A DNA stretch of 32,000 bases, taken from positions 330,001-362,000 of the forward strand of contig NC_003450.3 in NCBI RefSeq assembly GCF_000011325.1, given 5' to 3'. Made by a program: the position numbers and the translations under genes. Below the pieces are notes generated by a model. It was not told where the DNA came from and made no database searches. It worked only from the letters and a program-made list of their open reading frames with translations. Origin of the DNA: Corynebacterium glutamicum ATCC 13032. GTDB taxonomy: Bacteria > Actinomycetota > Actinomycetes > Mycobacteriales > Mycobacteriaceae. Shown here in pieces: positions 16,958 to 27,233 of the stretch. Every line of letters begins with the position of its first letter. Positions within the stretch are counted from its first letter, which is position 1.

Positions 16958-18019
16958 CTAAACCGCCTCAACCTCAGCAAACGAAGCAGTATCAATGACA
17001 ACGCGGAACTGAACGTCGCCGGCAACAACACGGTCGTAGGCTGCATCAACATCGTTGACGCCGACAGTTTCGATCATCGCACCGAGGCCGTGTTTTGCAC
17101 AGAAGTCGAGCATTTCCTGGGTTTCAGGGATGCCGCCAATGTTGGATCCGGTGAGGACTTTTCCGCCGCCGATGAGCGCACCGAAGCTCAGTGGCTGCTT
17201 CTCTGGTGGCAGACCGACAACAGCCATGACACCGTGTGGCTTGAGAAGGCTCAGGTACTTGTCGACTGGGATGGATGCGCTAATGGTGTTGAGGATGAAG
17301 TCGAATTCACCGGCGTGTTCGGTGAAGAAATCCTCATCAGAAGTCGCAAGCGTGCGAGCTGCGCCGAGTTCCTTGGCAAGTTCTGCCTTGCGCAGGGAAC
17401 GGGACAGAACGGTAACCTCAGCACCCTTGGCTGCAGCGATCTGGACACCCATGTGTCCGAGTCCGCCGAGGCCCATGACTGCTACTTTGTCGCCTTCTTT
17501 AACGTTCCAGCGAGCGATTGGGGAGTAGGTGGTGATGCCTGCGCACAGCAGTGGTGCTGCGACATCGAAGTTAAGTTCCTCTGGGATGCTGCACAGGAAA
17601 CGTTCGTTGACCACTACCTTTTCAGCGTAGCCGCCTTGGGTGATGGTGCCGTCGACGTCGTTAGAGTTGTAGGTTCCGACGTTTCCGCGAAGGCAGTTGT
17701 TTTCAAATCCTGCGACGCACTGTTCGCATTCGCCGCAGGAGTTAACGAGGCAGCCGACGCCCACGCGGTCGCCGACTTTCCATTTGGTTACATCGGATCC
17801 AACCGCAGAGACAACGCCTGCGATTTCGTGGCCGACGGTGAGCGGGAAGTGCGCCTCGCCCCATTCGTTGCGGATGGTGTGGATATCGCTGTGGCAGATG
17901 CCCGCAGCTTTGATATCAATAACCACATCATCTGCGCGTGGGTCACGGCGTTCAATGATCTTGACCTCGAAAGGTGCTTCTGGGCCGGACTTTTGTAGTG
18001 CTTTTACTGAGATACTCAC
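16958..18019 (-). CDS. adhC: Zinc-dependent alcohol dehydrogenase, cinnamyl-alcohol-dehydrogenase (NADP) family
   Basis: Motifs GICHSDIH, GHEIAGVV, CGECEQC and GLGGLGH. GTG start at 18019. Confidence 0.85.
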   Translation of the reverse strand: MSISVKALQKSGPEAPFEVKIIERRDPRADDVVIDIKAAGICHSDIHTIRNEWGEAHFPLTVGHEIAGVVSAVGSDVTKWKVGDRVGVGCLVNSCGECEQCVAGFENNCLRGNVGTYNSNDVDGTITQGGYAEKVVVNERFLCSIPEELNFDVAAPLLCAGITTYSPIARWNVKEGDKVAVMGLGGLGHMGVQIAAAKGAEVTVLSRSLRKAELAKELGAARTLATSDEDFFTEHAGEFDFILNTISASIPVDKYLSLLKPHGVMAVVGLPPEKQPLSFGALIGGGKVLTGSNIGGIPETQEMLDFCAKHGLGAMIETVGVNDVDAAYDRVVAGDVQFRVVIDTASFAEVEAV

Positions 18020-18035
18020 CCCAGTTAGCCTACCG

Positions 18036-18062
18036 AAAAATCAAAAGCGCCTACGAGCGCTT
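18036..18062 (-). terminator. Terminator-like hairpin after rmlA
   Basis: On the minus strand, stem aagcgc/gcgctt (18045-18050 and 18057-18062) with a 6-nt loop is followed by ttgattttt. It lies 33 nt after the rmlA stop and only about 17 nt before the adhC start. Confidence 0.45.
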
Positions 18063-18094
18063 CTCGACGCACCCCTCCACAACCACACCGTAAA

Positions 18095-18952
18095 TTACAA
18101 AGCTCTCAGCAGGTAGTTTCCGTAGCCTGATTTCTTCAGTTCCTCACCAAGCACTGTGAGTTCTTCAGCTGTGATGAAACCTTCGCGGTACGCAGCGACT
18201 TCGGGGGATCCGATGATGTTGCCGGTACGTTTTTGCAGGACCTCAACATAGGAAGACGCCTCGGACATGGAATCGATTGTGCCGGTATCTAACCAGACAT
18301 CGCCACGGTCCAGGCGCTGCACAGTTAAAGCACCTTGCTGGAGGTAGGCATCGTTAACGGAGGTGATTTCCAGTTCGCCACGCGAGGAAGGCTTGATTGA
18401 CTTGGCGATGTCCACCACGCGATTGTCGTAGAAATATAGTCCTACCACGGCAAAGTTGGATTTTGGCGCGGTGGGCTTTTCTTCAATAGACACCGCCTTA
18501 TTAGCAGCATCAAATTCCACCACGCCATAACGCTCAGGATCGGAGACCTCATAAGCAAAGACAATGCCACCGTCGGGGTTGGAGCACTGCTTTAGTGCGT
18601 GGCCAAGTTGTGCGCCGTCGAAGATGTTATCGCCAAGCACCAACGCGACGTCGTCGTCACCGATGAATTCCTCGCCGATGATGAATGCTTGGGCTAGTCC
18701 GTCGGGGGAGGGTTGGACGGCGTAGGTGAGGTTGATGCCCCAGGAGGAGCCGTCGCCAAGCAAGCGTTCAAAGGAGGCGCTGTCTTCAGGGGTGGTGATA
18801 ATCAGGATGTCTTTGATGCCGGCCTGAATGAGCGTGGTCAGTGGGTAGTAGACCATGGGTTTGTCGTAAATCGGCATCAGTTGCTTGGAGATGCCCTTGG
18901 TGATGGGGTAGAGCCGGGTGCCGGAGCCACCTGCGAGGATGATGCCTTTCAC
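18095..18952 (-). CDS. rmlA: Glucose-1-phosphate thymidylyltransferase
   Basis: The [18 protein letters not shown] signature and full-length RmlA-like sequence. The GTG start overlaps the rmlCD stop by 4 nt. Confidence 0.95.
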   Translation of the reverse strand: MKGIILAGGSGTRLYPITKGISKQLMPIYDKPMVYYPLTTLIQAGIKDILIITTPEDSASFERLLGDGSSWGINLTYAVQPSPDGLAQAFIIGEEFIGDDDVALVLGDNIFDGAQLGHALKQCSNPDGGIVFAYEVSDPERYGVVEFDAANKAVSIEEKPTAPKSNFAVVGLYFYDNRVVDIAKSIKPSSRGELEITSVNDAYLQQGALTVQRLDRGDVWLDTGTIDSMSEASSYVEVLQKRTGNIIGSPEVAAYREGFITAEELTVLGEELKKSGYGNYLLRAL

Positions 18953-20309
18953 TTTGAGAGTTCCTTGAGGTAGTCGTTGAGGCGGGTCTGCCAGGTCGGT
19001 GCGCTAAATCCGGTGGCTTCGATTTTGCCGAGATCCAAAACGGAGTTCAGTGGGCGGGGCGCTGCGTCTTTGTTGGCGAAGTACTCGGCGGTGCTCACGC
19101 CGGTAACTTTGGTGGGGTCGGAAAATACTGCGCGGGCAACATCGGCCCAGCTTGCGGGTTCGCCGGTGTTGGTGAGGTTGTAGGTGCCATATGCTGCACC
19201 CACTTCCAAAAGGTGCGCGATGCCGGCTGCGATGTCTTCGGTGAAGGATAGGCGGCCGATTTGATCATCAACTACTGATGGTGCGATGCCGCGTTCGTCG
19301 AGGGATTTCATGGTGCGGACAAAATTATTGCCATCGCCAATCACCCAGCTGGTGCGCACAATGTAGTGGCGCGGTGCGGTGGTGGCTGCGATGTCGCCGG
19401 CTGCTTTGGATTGGCCGTACACGCCGAGTGGGGAAAACGGTGCGTTTTCATCGTAGGATTCGGCCGCACCGTCGAAGACATAATCTGAGGACACGTGCAC
19501 GAGGGTGAGGTTGTTGTCGCGCGCGATGGTCGCGAGGTTAGCCACTGCCGCTGCGTTGATGTCCCACGCTGCTGCGCGGTCGTGTTCTGCCTGGTCAACG
19601 GCAGTGTAGGCGGCGGCGTTTATGATGGTGGAGTATTGTTTCCACGCGCGAGCCTCGGTGAGATCTGAGGTGATATCGAGTTCTTGGCGCGTGACAAATT
19701 CCGCGTCTGGGAACTGCGCGCGTAGCGCGGTTCCCAGTTGTCCGCCGGCGCCGACCACGAGAACCTTGCGGGCGGGCAGGGGGGTGGCGTCGATAAGCGC
19801 TGGATGTTTTTTATCTTTTTCGGAGATCTCGGTGATGGGCAGCGGCCAGTCGATCATGTTGAGGTTGACGTTGGCGTAATGCGCGTCGGGGGACCAATGA
19901 TCGTTGACGAGGTAGGTGTACAGCGTGCCGTCCTCGAGCGCCTGGAAGCCGTTTGCCACACCACGCGGGACGTAAACTCCCACGTCAGGGGTAATTTTTT
20001 GCGTTACGACGTTACCGTACGTGCTCGAGCCCGCGCGCAGATCCACCCAAGCTCCGAAAACGGAACCCACCGCGACGGACACAAATTTATCCCACGGCTC
20101 AGCGTGCATGCCGCGAGTCGTGCCGGCGGTGGCGTTGAAACTCATGTTGTTTTGGACGGGGCCAAAATCGGGCAGCCCCAGGTTGGTCATCTTGGTGCGC
20201 TGCCAATTTTCCTTGAACCAGCCGCGGTTGTCGCCGTGGACGGGGAAATCGAAAACCAGTAGGCCTTCGATGTCGGTGGTGTGGGAGGTGAGTTGTTTAC
20301 CGTATTCCA

Positions 20310-20310
<1 letters not shown>
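18949..20310 (-). CDS. rmlCD: Fused dTDP-4-dehydrorhamnose 3,5-epimerase (N-terminal) / dTDP-4-dehydrorhamnose reductase (C-terminal)
   Basis: The N-terminal ~190 aa form a cupin-type RmlC ([21 protein letters not shown]). The C-terminal ~260 aa form RmlD ([28 protein letters not shown]). Confidence 0.9.
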
Positions 20311-21948
<1,638 letters not shown>

Positions 21949-22169
21949 TTTTTATCCTTTTTATGTGTTGGAAACAGAGTCATGGTAGGTCGCCTTATTT
22001 GTCAGTGCAAGGGTTTTATTAGCTTTTGGAGATAGTTTCTGGCTGGTTGAAATAGTTGACATCTGTGCAGGTTGGGGGCTTTTGTTTCCGACTTGGGGTT
22101 ATGTGAAGTGGGGTGCTGTGTGGCGTTTTAAGCGGTCGACTGTCTGCGGCGACCTGTTGTCCTAGTTTT

Positions 22170-22590
22170 GGCGAGTTGGGTGCTTAGAAGCGGTTTTAGC
22201 GGGGGTCGAATTTGTGACGATTGGGGCTATTTTGATTTCTGCTGGGTTGCTGTGGGCTTGCTGATCAACTTCTCATTCCAACGGGGCCTCACGCCCTCAA
22301 ACGGGGACGAGTTTTCGCATTATACCCCGTGATTAGCGCAAATTTTCGATTAAAAATGGCCTTTTCCCTCTGGCTGGGGACGGATTTTCGCAACTTCAGA
22401 CAGTCACGTGTCGGGTGGGGTGTGGGAGGACCCATGTAGGCGGCGCCTACTGGGTGATGATGGTTAGGATTCTCCATTTTTAGGATGCCACCTCGAAAAA
22501 ATGGTGAATCGGCACGCTTTTAACCTCTCGAAAGTGTGCCAATTCAACATACTCTGCGCCCACCTTTCGGAAAATGGTGAATCCTAACGG
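22170..22590 (-). repeat. Intergenic repeat element, copy B (inverted relative to copy A), with a nested cruciform at 22463-22588
   Basis: The reverse complement of 22392-22170 aligns with 9901-10125 (see copy A). Outer arms 22463-22480 / 22571-22588 are complementary at 17/18. Inner arms 22501-22515 / 22536-22550 are complementary at 13/15. There is also a direct repeat: ccacctcgaaaaaatggtgaatc and ccacctttcggaaaatggtgaatc. Confidence 0.7.
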
Positions 22591-22645
22591 CTTTAGGGGC
22601 CTGTAAGGCGAAACTTATTGCGGGGGTACGTCTTGGGGAAAGAGT

Positions 22646-22664
22646 TAAGGATAACCTTGCCTTA
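22646..22664. promoter_or_regulatory. Candidate DtxR (iron repressor) operator upstream of the siderophore-binding protein gene
   Basis: taaggataaccttgcctta matches the 19-bp DtxR consensus TTAGGTTAGCCTAACCTAA at 13/19 by my count, with palindromic ends taagg/cctta. It lies 29 nt upstream of ATG 22693 and just upstream of a TAnnnT -10 candidate (tacagt, 22675-22680). Confidence 0.4.
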
Positions 22665-22692
22665 ATTATTTGAGTTACAGTAATTTAAGTGA

Positions 22693-23640
22693 ATGCATTT
22701 TTGTCTCCTGCCTCTGGCCAAACCTGCCAAAGTTGTGGCCCCGCTCCTCGGCGTCGCACTCCTTCTAAGCTCCTGTTCTTCAACATCTTCCGATGAATCA
22801 ATCCAACCTGAAGTTGCCAGCACTGGATATTCAGTGGAGCACGCAATGGGCACCACCGAAATCCCTGAAACCCCAACGCGTGTGGTCGTCATTGATTCCC
22901 CACACCTCGACGCACTTTTGGCTTTGGGAATTACTCCAGTCGGAGCTACGGAATCTGGATCCGAAAATGGTTTCCCCGCCTACTTGGCTGACGAGCTAAA
23001 AGACACCGAATCTGTTGGGCTGACATCTGAGCCAAATTTGGAAAAGATCGCCGCACTGGATCCGGATTTGATCATTGGCGCAAAGGTCCGCCACGAGGCT
23101 ATTTATGATCAGCTTTCAGACATCGCACCAACCGTGATGTCCGAAGGTTCCGGCACAAACTGGAATGAACAGGCAGAAATCACTGCGGCAGCAGTAAACA
23201 AGTCTGATGAGATGGACAAACTGATCTCAGACTTGGACACCCGTGCCACAGAGCTTGGTGAAGAGATCGGTGCTGACGGACAAACCGCTTCAATGGTTCG
23301 ATTCCGCACGGACAACTTCAGGCTCTATGGTCCCGAGACCTTCTCTGGTTCAGTTCTGGAACAAGTTGGATTTGACCTGGGGGAACGTGATTGGAATGAG
23401 TACTCCATGATGGAGCTATCCTCAGAAAACTTTGGGCAGATCGATGGAGACCTTATTTTCTACACCATCCCAGGATCCCCTGAAGCAACCACTTATCCAA
23501 AGATTTCCGAACTGTGGGTTGATTCACCAGCAGTTCGGCAAGGTAGAACTTACGAGTTTGAAGACGAAACCTGGATGGTCGGCATCGGTGTATTAGGTGC
23601 CAATGAAATCTTGGATGACCTGGAAGAAACTCTGAGCTAG
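22693..23640 (+). CDS. Iron-siderophore ABC transporter substrate-binding lipoprotein (FecB/FhuD type)
   Basis: Lipobox LLLSSC. RVVVIDSPHLDALLALGITPVGA is typical of the PBP type 2 iron-siderophore family. No permease or ATPase gene is adjacent. Confidence 0.85.
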   Translation: MHFCLLPLAKPAKVVAPLLGVALLLSSCSSTSSDESIQPEVASTGYSVEHAMGTTEIPETPTRVVVIDSPHLDALLALGITPVGATESGSENGFPAYLADELKDTESVGLTSEPNLEKIAALDPDLIIGAKVRHEAIYDQLSDIAPTVMSEGSGTNWNEQAEITAAAVNKSDEMDKLISDLDTRATELGEEIGADGQTASMVRFRTDNFRLYGPETFSGSVLEQVGFDLGERDWNEYSMMELSSENFGQIDGDLIFYTIPGSPEATTYPKISELWVDSPAVRQGRTYEFEDETWMVGIGVLGANEILDDLEETLS

Positions 23641-23745
23641 TTTCCTTTAGGCCAAGCAACCCCTCGCCGTTGTCCCTCCGCATATTAGGAGAGTCTCGAT
23701 GACGAGGGGTTCTTCTTATTCGAAGAACTGTCTTCGAAGCACTAT

Positions 23746-24387
23746 CTACTCAAACTCGAATTCGAGCTCAATCTTGGTGTCTTCGTATCGATCTGTATCG
23801 AGTTTCTCGGTGAATTCGTGGAGCAGGTCGTTGTAGAAATCAACCGCTTGATCTTCCAACATTTCCCGGTTAGTGGTTACTTGCTCGACGAAGTTCTCTT
23901 GGCTCATGATCTCAGAAACTACTTCTGCAGTATCGATATCGTCAGTGCTGAAACTGATCCAACCGTCATCTTCGGCTATGGTCTTAAACTTTAGATCGTC
24001 GTATCCGATGAAGATGAACTCAGGGATAGTGATGGAAAGCTTATTGTCACCTGCGGATTTGATTTCAACATCTGAGGCATCGATTCCGAGTTTTCCGGTG
24101 TAGCTGTATTGGACGTGCACGGTCTTTTGCGTGCCAGGAATACGTTTTCCACGAATTGTACGTTCAACGGTTTTCTCATGGATTCCAAGTGCTCCGGCGC
24201 TGAGAAGGACGATTTCTTCTTCGCGCTGGAGAGCTCTGATGACCATGGAGTCATTGACTGTTGTGCGAGTTGAAGATGATGTCTGCTCACCGTTTTGCGA
24301 GTTAATTAGCAGCAAAATACCGCCAGTTACTACACCGATCAGTGCGATTAGCGCGAAGAGCCTAAGGAATAGCCTGTTTGGAAGCAC
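23746..24387 (-). CDS. N-terminally membrane-anchored protein, DUF4230-like
   Basis: Single N-terminal TM segment (LFLRLFALIALIGVVTGGILLLI). A size of about 210 aa and the beta-rich body resemble DUF4230. The family assignment is from memory only. Confidence 0.5.
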   Translation of the reverse strand: MLPNRLFLRLFALIALIGVVTGGILLLINSQNGEQTSSSTRTTVNDSMVIRALQREEEIVLLSAGALGIHEKTVERTIRGKRIPGTQKTVHVQYSYTGKLGIDASDVEIKSAGDNKLSITIPEFIFIGYDDLKFKTIAEDDGWISFSTDDIDTAEVVSEIMSQENFVEQVTTNREMLEDQAVDFYNDLLHEFTEKLDTDRYEDTKIELEFEFE

Positions 24388-24595
24388 GTGTTTTGCTTTC
24401 TATGAATGTGGTGGGCATTCAGTCTTCCGCGGTCTTCTTGCTATGGAATTGCAGGTGGTGTGTGGAAACTTAATGCGATATTGAGAGGATGTGTGGAATA
24501 GTAGCAACTTGTTTAACAAAGTAAAACTGAACTACCACGTTTTTCACAGGGACTTTTGCTCTTCTAAGCAATCGAAATCCCCCAATCAAACCAAA

Positions 24596-25906
24596 CTATC
24601 CCGCAGTCAAAACCCGATTCCGATCCCCACCAACAAACGCTCCCATGTGTACCAGCAAACCGCAGAGTGGGCCAACAATGAGCGCAAGGCCAGCAGCGAC
24701 GCCCAAATCAAAAGGTCCCAGCAAGAATCCGACGGCAACAACAGTGGCAACAACCCATCCGGTGAGATAGATCCCGTGACGTTCAAAGGCGATCGCCGCG
24801 CAGCCGGACACCATCAATGAAGCGGTGGTGGTGGCGCCTAAGGTGAGCATCGCGAGTAGCCAGCCAGGGACCGCGAAGAGTTCCTTTTGGAGTACAACGT
24901 CCAGGATCCATGGGCCAACTAACCATGCAAGACCAGCTCCAACAAGTCCGACTGCCCACACAATTGCCAACGGACCCGCCAAAGTTTTCAATGGACCGGA
25001 CGTACCTTTGACAAAACGAACGATGATCGCCGATTGGAATTGCTGCAGCGGAACCAGCAGGGGAGCGCGGGTCAGGATGACGGCGTAGGAAACAGCGGCC
25101 ATCGAAACCCCTCCTGCAACCGCTGAAGGGTTCGTGAATTTCAGCAGGGTCGGGAAACCAGTAATCAGCACTGCCGTGGCGCCGGATGCTGCCATCGCAA
25201 GCAGAGCCTGTCGGATGAAAACGCCCCGTGAAACATCAGCAACCGATCCCAAAACGGAACGCACCGAACCGAAGCACAGCACGATGACCAGCCAGGATAT
25301 TGATCCCACAACGGTGATGATCAAGAACGCCAGCAATTGATAACCCAGCAACCAGGCGGCAACAGCTAAAACCATGCGCACGCCGGTGTCCAAAGAAATC
25401 AGCGAGGCATACTCTTTCCACAATTGGCAGCCGGACAAAATGCCGGAGATTGTCGCTTGGATCGCGTAGCTAGCAAGACCTACAGCAAGTAGCCCAACAC
25501 CAACACCTTGCAAATTACTTAAAAGCTGGCCGATCCACAGCGGCGCCGAAGCGCCAAGCACCACGAGCACTATCGCCGCAACCACGAAGCTAAACAAAAA
25601 CGGCCTAAATCCAACAACAGAACCAGCACGCCCACCACGAGAACCACCACGAGAACCGGCCGTCACCGCGCGGGTCGTCTCCTGCGTCAACCCAGTCAGC
25701 ACTCCGGTTCCTGCAAAGAACAGACCCCAGTAGGCGGTGAATTCTTCGGAAAGTTGGCTGGAATCACCAAGGGCCCAGGCAGCGATGATGATGACGACGA
25801 ACCCGGAGAGACCTGCGATGATTGTGGCCAGCGTCAGATAGCGCACTAGTCCAAACCACCAGAAGGAAACTCCGGCAACTCCAGATCGCGAAGCCAGGAC
25901 TGCCAC
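24596..25906 (-). CDS. Polytopic integral membrane protein (possibly MOP/Wzx-like flippase)
   Basis: About 12-14 hydrophobic segments throughout. The start is uncertain. ATG 25906 overlaps the M1 peptidase gene by 61 nt. GTG 25846 would give a 1-nt TAGTG overlap instead. Confidence 0.55.
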   Translation of the reverse strand: MAVLASRSGVAGVSFWWFGLVRYLTLATIIAGLSGFVVIIIAAWALGDSSQLSEEFTAYWGLFFAGTGVLTGLTQETTRAVTAGSRGGSRGGRAGSVVGFRPFLFSFVVAAIVLVVLGASAPLWIGQLLSNLQGVGVGLLAVGLASYAIQATISGILSGCQLWKEYASLISLDTGVRMVLAVAAWLLGYQLLAFLIITVVGSISWLVIVLCFGSVRSVLGSVADVSRGVFIRQALLAMAASGATAVLITGFPTLLKFTNPSAVAGGVSMAAVSYAVILTRAPLLVPLQQFQSAIIVRFVKGTSGPLKTLAGPLAIVWAVGLVGAGLAWLVGPWILDVVLQKELFAVPGWLLAMLTLGATTTASLMVSGCAAIAFERHGIYLTGWVVATVVAVGFLLGPFDLGVAAGLALIVGPLCGLLVHMGAFVGGDRNRVLTAG

Positions 25907-27228
25907 ACTGCATCTAAAGCTGCGTGGTCTGTGGAGACTGCGTAGAGGTGTCGTTTCAGGTCGCGGGGTTCAACGAGTCCGTGTCGGCCTTCGGCAACGT
26001 AGGAGCGCACAGCTTTGAAGAATGCATCATCGCCAAGCAATTCCCGCAATGCATGGACAGTCAGAGCGCCGCGCTTGTAGACGCGGTCGTCGAACATATC
26101 CTTCGCGCCGGGGTTGGCCAGCAAAATATCCTTCGGCAGCGCCTCCAGGCCTCGATAGAATTCCAACGCACTTTCCGCAGCCGACTTAACTCCAGCTGCC
26201 TCAAACCAGAGCCATTCCGCGTAACAGGCGAAGCCTTCGTTGAGCCAGATGTCGTTCCATTGGGCGAGGCCGAGTGAGTTGCCAAACCACTGGTGGGAGA
26301 GTTCGTGGGCGATGAGTCGTTCCCAGGTTCCTTCGCCGGTGGCGTGGTTGGCTCCGAAGCTGGAGAGGCCTTGGGCTTCGAGTGGGATTTCGAGTTCGTC
26401 TTCGGTGATGACTACGCGGTAGCTGCGGAATGGGTAGGGGCCGAAGAGTTTTTCGTAGGCGTCTAACATGTCGACTTGTTTGGCAAAGTCCTCCAAAATC
26501 CGAGCCCGCAAGGCCGCATCCCCCACAGGCACATACGCCTCCACCACAACGCCCGATTCCGAAACGCCCAGGGATACAGTGTCGTATTCTCCGACGTGGA
26601 CGGCTGCGAGGTAGGTGGCCATGGGTTCGCGGGATTGGTAGTGCCAGGTGGTCATGCTGCCACTGACGTGTTTTGAGATTAAATCACCGGTGATAATGGC
26701 GGCGTATCCGTTGTCGGTGTGGAAGTGGACGTCGAAAAGCGCCTTCTCGTCGGGCGTGTCGTCGCAGGGGAACCAGCTCGGCGCGCCGTTTGGCTGGGCG
26801 GCGACGAGGGCGCCGTTGTCGAGCTCTTCCCAGCCGATCATGCCCCATTCGCTGCGCAGGGGGCGCGGGTTGCCGCGGTAGCGGATGGTGAGTGAAAATT
26901 CCTGGTCAACCGGGATTTGGTTGCGGAAGGTGATGCGCAGTTTGCGGCCGGCGTGGCGGAAGCGCGCGACTTGGATGTGGGTGCCGGCGGTGCCTTTGGC
27001 GGTGACTTTTTCCACGCGCAGGCTGCCGCCGAGGTCCAGGGTCAGCGCGTCGAGCGCACGGTAATTATCCATGTGCAGCGTTGCGGTGCCCATGAGCAGG
27101 TTGGGTGCTACGCGGTAGGTGAGATCAAGCTCGTAGCGTCGGATGTGGAAGCCTAAGTTGAAATCAATTCCTGTGTAGGAATCGCGTGTACCAGGGACCG
27201 GGGTGGAGCGCAGCCTTCGCATAATCAT
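25846..27228 (-). CDS. M1-family zinc aminopeptidase (short actinobacterial form)
   Basis: Gluzincin signature HELSHQWFGN with downstream WLNEGFACYAEW. Confidence 0.85.
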   Translation of the reverse strand: MIMRRLRSTPVPGTRDSYTGIDFNLGFHIRRYELDLTYRVAPNLLMGTATLHMDNYRALDALTLDLGGSLRVEKVTAKGTAGTHIQVARFRHAGRKLRITFRNQIPVDQEFSLTIRYRGNPRPLRSEWGMIGWEELDNGALVAAQPNGAPSWFPCDDTPDEKALFDVHFHTDNGYAAIITGDLISKHVSGSMTTWHYQSREPMATYLAAVHVGEYDTVSLGVSESGVVVEAYVPVGDAALRARILEDFAKQVDMLDAYEKLFGPYPFRSYRVVITEDELEIPLEAQGLSSFGANHATGEGTWERLIAHELSHQWFGNSLGLAQWNDIWLNEGFACYAEWLWFEAAGVKSAAESALEFYRGLEALPKDILLANPGAKDMFDDRVYKRGALTVHALRELLGDDAFFKAVRSYVAEGRHGLVEPRDLKRHLYAVSTDHAALDAVWQSWLRDLELPEFPSGGLD

Positions 27229-27233
27229 AGGTA

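Noticed and set aside
23658-23730. Hairpins after the siderophore-binding protein gene (aacccctcg...cgaggggtt with a 36-nt loop; gttcttc-ttattc-gaagaac)
   Set aside because: The first has a very large loop and only a weak T-run. The second is short and AT-rich. Either could help termination, but neither is strong enough to annotate as a feature.
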